From Lingula anatina (Eukaryota > Animalia > Brachiopoda): a stretch of DNA of 64,000 bases. Positions 58,810 through 64,000 of this stretch are shown here, one piece after another; position 1 is the stretch's first letter, and each line of letters opens with the position of its first letter. Both the position numbers and the translations under genes were made by a program. Below the pieces are notes generated by a model. The model searched no databases, was not told the DNA's origin, and worked only from the letters and a program-made list of their open reading frames with translations. Where the stretch lies: assembly GCA_051362555.1 (NCBI GenBank), contig CM120640.1, forward strand, positions 66,814,788-66,878,787. The letters are read 5' to 3'.

Positions 58810-60690
58810 TGATGTATGTATATATTATAGATAATCACAGGAAGTTAATTATAACCCTGTGTCTGCCTGCAAGCGCCTCTGTAACCGTGCCAGTGAACTG
58901 ACTCTTGCAACTTTAACACGTGTAGCCTCATAACTATTTTCGAATACTTTTATGTACATCATAAGTAAGCAGTATTTAAAGTAAGGTAAGCTATATTATT
59001 CAAAATTATATTCTACATAAATTTGATGTGCTTCCCATCATCCTCTTCCTCATGAATAATAAATAGATGAGCAGACCAAAGAGTAAACAAGTGTTTTAGA
59101 CAATGTGTTAAAAAATGTCCTTTCTGATACAAAGCATCCAAATTACCTATATTTCTATTTATACTGATATAATCTCTTCAATTAATTGTTAATTTAACTT
59201 TGAAATACATGAACTTTGGGAAAATATGCAATGGAAGTTCTAGTAGATCCAAAGAAAAGATCCTGACTCGCAAAAATGAATTTTTTTGTTGAGGATATAT
59301 ATAGAAATTTAAAAAGATGCCATTGAAGAAATGTTTTTCTATTATTTTCATGTCATATGCATGATGCTTTAACAGTAATTTGCTCATGTCAAGTGAAACA
59401 TACAGCATTAAAGACAGAATTCTCTCTATTTATAACATTGGCAATGTAAAGGTACTTTGTTTCGGAATGGACAATTTTTAACAAGCATCTCAAAAAAGAC
59501 CACAGTTAAACGGGTTTCTGTGCACTGGGGTTTTCTTATATAAAAATAAATATCACATGTCCTGGGCTTTAGAGAAATATATATTGTTACTGGCTAGGTG
59601 TCAACATGTTCTTTTTATGTAAGAGAAACCCAATGTTTCGGAATGGACAAATTTAACGGAAAAACACGGTAGGGTTATTTTGCACTCCATGTCAAGCTCC
59701 AGAATCATCGCGCAGATTTCATTATTTGATACAAACAATACCAATACATCCAAATAATGATTAGGGTGGTAAATTATACTGTATGATTTATGATATATTT
59801 TCTGAAAGTCATTTATTTTTGTTTCGGAATGGACATTTCGTTTAACGGAAATACCAGCATGCCATTAAAAGGCTTTTTTTACTAGGATACACCTCTCTCC
59901 TGTTAATATTTAAACTTTTTTGATTCCACCATACTACTGAGTGTTTTATAATCCAAAAAAAATGCAATGTCAAACACTGTTTTAATTTATTTCAGATTGC
60001 TTTTTATTTCATATGACTAAAACGGGAAAAATTTTTGGTCATTTTTCGGACTTTGCTTTAGCATATCTTTGGACTCGGTGGTGATATTTGGTTTCTATTT
60101 TCAGTGTTTATCTTCACTTACACCATTCTCTAACATAGTGATAAAAGAATTCTTTGATCGTATGTATGTAATTTGTTAATTAGCAATATGTGGGAAAATC
60201 TGAAAAGTGCCCAGGATTGTAAAAATGCCCATATTTGGAGTGTCGACATATTATACGGCGATTCAATTTACAATAAATTAAGACGTGTATTAAAACATGC
60301 CAAACTGTCACCTTAATCAGTTGATGATTCTAAAAACCACATGATGACATTTATCATCTCACACAAAACTACCATAATTTAATTAAGTATTTTTACATTG
60401 TTTTATGTGGCTTTATAATTCTTCAATCATCAAAGCTGATAAATATTTGAGAAAATGAGTTTTATCTTAACTTGGTAACAGTTTAGTTCTGGCAGCACAA
60501 TGGCATTTGTATTTTCTCTACCTTTATTCCAGCTTCCAAAGTATCAAGACGGGAAATGCTGCAAAAATGGAAGCAAGAAAAGGATCTCAAGAGAAAACTT
60601 GATGCAAAATCAAAAGCAAATAAGCAACCCTTTAAAGTGTCAATAGTTCACCACAGTGTTGCCGAGATAAAGAATAATACAAATCAAAAG
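57277..60690 (+). CDS. DLGAP5: DLGAP5/HURP (Mars)-like mitotic spindle protein, first two coding exons; rest of gene lies beyond the right edge
   Basis: Exon 57277-57550 (RALRAHRKSIDRQNKR) and 60533-60690 (RREMLQKWKQEKDLKRKL...PFKVS) parallel the HURP N-terminal motifs IAHRKSLSQKENR and RKQMLQKYKEEKQLQKL...IFKVG. The GKAP domain is not in the window. Confidence 0.8.
57819..60230. mobile_element. 2.4-kb non-autonomous TIR DNA transposon in DLGAP5 intron 1
   Basis: Perfect 22-bp TIRs GGGCATTTTTACAATCCTGGGC / GCCCAGGATTGTAAAAATGCCC flanked by ATAT on both sides. No transposase ORF. Repeated internal motif GTTTCGGAAWGGACA; (TA)n at ~58763-58807. Confidence 0.88.
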
Positions 60691-60721
60691 GTAAAAATAA
60701 GAATGAAACTATTATCCATTA

Positions 60722-63680
60722 TTATGTACAGACACAGATGTGTCTGTACATATAGCCATCATCTGCGTCTGTCGTCGTCGCCGTCGCCGTGCAATTTTAC
60801 CGATAACACGATAAGTGGAAAACTGTTTTTTCTTTTGGCTTGAAACTTACAGAACTAATGAATATTCATAATACGCAGGTCAAGTTCGAAAATCAGCATG
60901 ATCGGGTCACTTATAGGGAATTTATGCTGTTTTTTCACTTTTTTCAGCATAAATGAAGCACCGATAACACGATAAGTGGAAAACTGTTTTACTTTTTGGC
61001 TTGAAACTTACAGAACTGATGAATATTCATAATACACAGGTCAAGTTCGAAAATCAGCGTGATTGGGTCATTTTTAATGAATTTAGGCTATTTTTTCTCT
61101 TTTTTCAGCATAAATGCAGCACTGATAACATGATAAGTGGAAAACCATTTTACTTTTTGGCTTGAAACTTACAGAACTTACAGATTTTGCTGATAAATAT
61201 TCATAATACGCAGGTCAAGTTCGAAAATCGGCATGATTGGGTCATTTTTTAGTGAATTTAGGCTATTTTTTCTCTTTTTTCAGCATATATATACAGCACC
61301 AATAACACGATAACTGGAAAACCATTTTGGCTTTTGGCTTGAAACTTAGAGAACTGATAAATATTTATAATACGCAGGTCAAGTTCGAAAATCAGCATGA
61401 TAGGGTGACTTGTAGGGAAGTTATGCTGTTTTTTTTTTTACTTTTTTCAGCATATATGCAGCACCGATAACACGATAAGTGGAAAACAGCTTTACTTTTT
61501 GGCTTCAAACTTACAAAACTGATGAAGATTCATAATCCGCAGAGCAAGTTCAAAAATCAGCATGATCAAGCCATTTTTAGGGGAGTTATGCTATTTTTTC
61601 ACTTTTTTCAACATATATGCAACACTGATAACACTATATAAGAAAAACAGATAGGCCAATTGTCATTATACTTACAGGAGTGGTCAATCTTACTAAAATG
61701 CAGGTTGAGTTGGAAAATCAGCATAATCTGGCCATTATTTTAGAAGTTATGCTGTTTTTTCACATTTCCTCAGATTCAATTCTTAAGCATGTTAACAGTC
61801 TCATTATTGAACTAATAAGATACGTAAAAGTGTTTGTTTGATATTTCCTGCATCTTTACAACATTGTTAGTTGATTATGTAAAAATGATGGTAAACTTGA
61901 TATCGTGTATTGTGTAATAAAGTGTCAAAAATGGAAATAAACTCATATCATATCATATTGCAGTTTGTTAGATTCAATCATCAACTATGTTCAGAATCTC
62001 AGAATGGAGGAAATTGGACATTTAACACTGTTCTATTGATATTTTTCCCATCTCATCAATTTTCTTAGTTTGTCATATAAAAATGGAAGTATACTGTTTA
62101 TTTTGTTTTGTTTAAAAAGTGTTAAAATGGAAATAAACCCATTTCAGAACAGTGCTGTCATTTTTACAGTTTGGCATTTTTAAGATGTGACTTTGAAGTT
62201 CCATGAGCCTGCAGATCTTTGCTAGTCACATTTTCTGAATATCCATGATACTAATATTTTATGATTAAAAATTGATGGTCATTATGCTGTAAAACATTAT
62301 GTAATATTGCATCAAAATTTGAAGAAACCCCTATTTTGGGCACTGCTCCCATGATGACCATTTAAGGAAAGTCATGTCACTTACTGTTCTCAAACTTACA
62401 GGAAAGAAACATGGGACTAAAATACAGCTTCAGTAGGCAATGCAGTCTGTTTGGTAAATTTTTCTGGTAGTTAAGCAGTTTTTTTGTGAAAATTTAATTT
62501 TTCACATATTGGCATTTTCAATGTATGACTTTGAAGTTCCATGATCCTGAAGACCTTTGCTTGTCACATTTTCTGAATATGCGTTATACTAATATTTTAT
62601 AGTTAAAAATTGATGGTCATTATGCTGTTAAACATTATGTAATGTTGCATCAAAATTTGAAGAAACCCCTGTTTTGGGCACTGCTCCCATGATGACCATT
62701 TAAGGAAGATCGTGTCAATTACTGTTCTCAAACTTACAGGAAAGAAACATGGGTCTAAAATAAAGCTTCAGTAGGCAATGCAGTCTGTTTGGTAAATTTT
62801 TCTGGCAATTAAACAGTTTTTTGTGAAAATGTAATTTTTCACATATTGGCATTTCCAAGGTGTGACTTAGAACCTCCACGGGCTTGAAGACCCATGCTAG
62901 TCACATTTTCTGAAAATTCATGACACTTATATTTTATTATTAAAAATCGATGGTCATTATGCCGTTAAGCATTATGTAATGTTGCATCAAAATAGAAGAA
63001 AACACAATTTTGGGTGCTGCTGCCTTGATGACCGTTATGGGAAAACTGTGTTACTTATGACTGTCAAACTTTCAAAAAAGAAACACAGGACTAAAATGCA
63101 GCCTGAGTTGGAAAAGCAGTCTAATTGGCTTCTTTTTCTGGAAGCTATACATTTTAGTGTAATATTCATTATCTTTTTGGCATATTCATTGTGGGACTCA
63201 GAGCTCCCATGAACATGAAGCCGAATGGTAATCATATTTTCTACATGTCCATCCTATTTATAGTCAATAAACAAAAATTGGTGATAATTATTCTCTAATT
63301 TATTATGTAATGTTACATCAAAATTGACAACAATCTTTTTGCACTGCTACTGCAAACATTATGAAAAGAAAACTGTGCTACTTATTATCATTTTTAACTT
63401 ACAAGTACGATTTTTAGGATTGGCCTTCAGCTCATATGAGAAAACCAGCTCTATTGGATTATCATTTTTATTGAATTTATGCATTTTTTGTGAAATTTTC
63501 ATTTTTCTCATTCTGGCACTTTCTAAGTATAAACTTGAACTCCGATGGGCCTGAAGCCTTATGCTTTTAATTTCGTCTGTGTTACCTGTTGTGCATAAGT
63601 TGATGTTGACTGTGCAGTTAAACATAATGTATTATTGCATCAGGATTGGTAGTCTCCTATTTTGGGCATTATGGTTTTGT
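60722..63680 (+). mobile_element. Second, longer copy of the HINE at 34575-36282, in inverted orientation; 3' end not found
   Basis: Same 5' palindrome ATGTACAGACACAGATGTGTCTGTACAT and (GTC)n. Six ~161-bp units (starts ~60800, 60961, 61122, 61299, 61464, 61625), the shared spacer, then ~338-bp units (GATGGTCATTATGC at ~62274, 62612, 62949) decaying distally. Confidence 0.88.
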
Positions 63681-63937
63681 GCTTTTCTTAAAGTGTGACT
63701 TATGGACCTAAAGACCTTTGAGTGGGTCAGTCTGTAAATTACCCTTGGGTATCACTAAATTAATTTCAGAGTTATAAAGTCATTTGCCTTAATAGGCCAT
63801 TAAATGAGATTACATAAAGCACACTTGTTGATATTTCCCTGTAAACTCCCAAAGGTAAAGCTCTCTGCTAGATTAATAATAAGGAAGCAGTGATAATTAT
63901 GAAGGTAAATTTTGTTTAATATTGCAAATAAGTTTTA

Positions 63938-63941
<4 letters not shown>

Positions 63942-63973
<32 letters not shown>
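63942..63973. repeat. (TA)n microsatellite
   Basis: TA run near the right edge. Confidence 0.95.
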
Positions 63974-63975
<2 letters not shown>

Positions 63976-64000
63976 AACTGGAAGATTAAAAGTTTGAATA

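Noticed and set aside
60800-61750. Regularly spaced repeats as a CRISPR-like array
   Set aside because: Whole ~161-bp units are repeated with no unique spacers; eukaryotic context, no cas genes; they are HINE core repeats.

Overview
AT-rich, intron-containing eukaryotic genomic DNA. Gene content and repeat types fit a marine invertebrate, plausibly a lophotrochozoan such as a mollusc (inference). Gene order: 5' end of a CABIT-domain gene (-, runs off the left edge); MYSM1 (-) head-to-head with WASHC5/strumpellin (+); a 5-exon CTHRC1-like secreted collagen-repeat gene nested antisense in the 10.2-kb intron near the WASHC5 3' end; ENOSF1 (-); an intronless 5-TM rhodopsin-like GPCR ORF whose frame stays open past a single TGA; a 2-exon disordered-protein gene; a BTB-BACK-Kelch gene (-); an intronless GT32 glycosyltransferase (-); and the first two coding exons of DLGAP5/HURP (+). 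Repeats include three Helentron-type HINE elements (two inverted copies carrying ~161-bp and ~338-bp tandem arrays), several MITEs, a 2.4-kb TIR element and microsatellites. Most notable: a tandemly duplicated, frame-incompatible and so probably mutually exclusive exon 2 in ENOSF1 encoding the substrate-capping region; a GT32 ORF that may share a first exon with the Kelch gene; a U12 intron and two GC-AG introns; the in-frame TGA in the GPCR-like ORF; and a multi-hairpin segment at the start of the long WASHC5 intron. All gene models and family calls were made by eye, with reference sequences recalled from memory and no database search.
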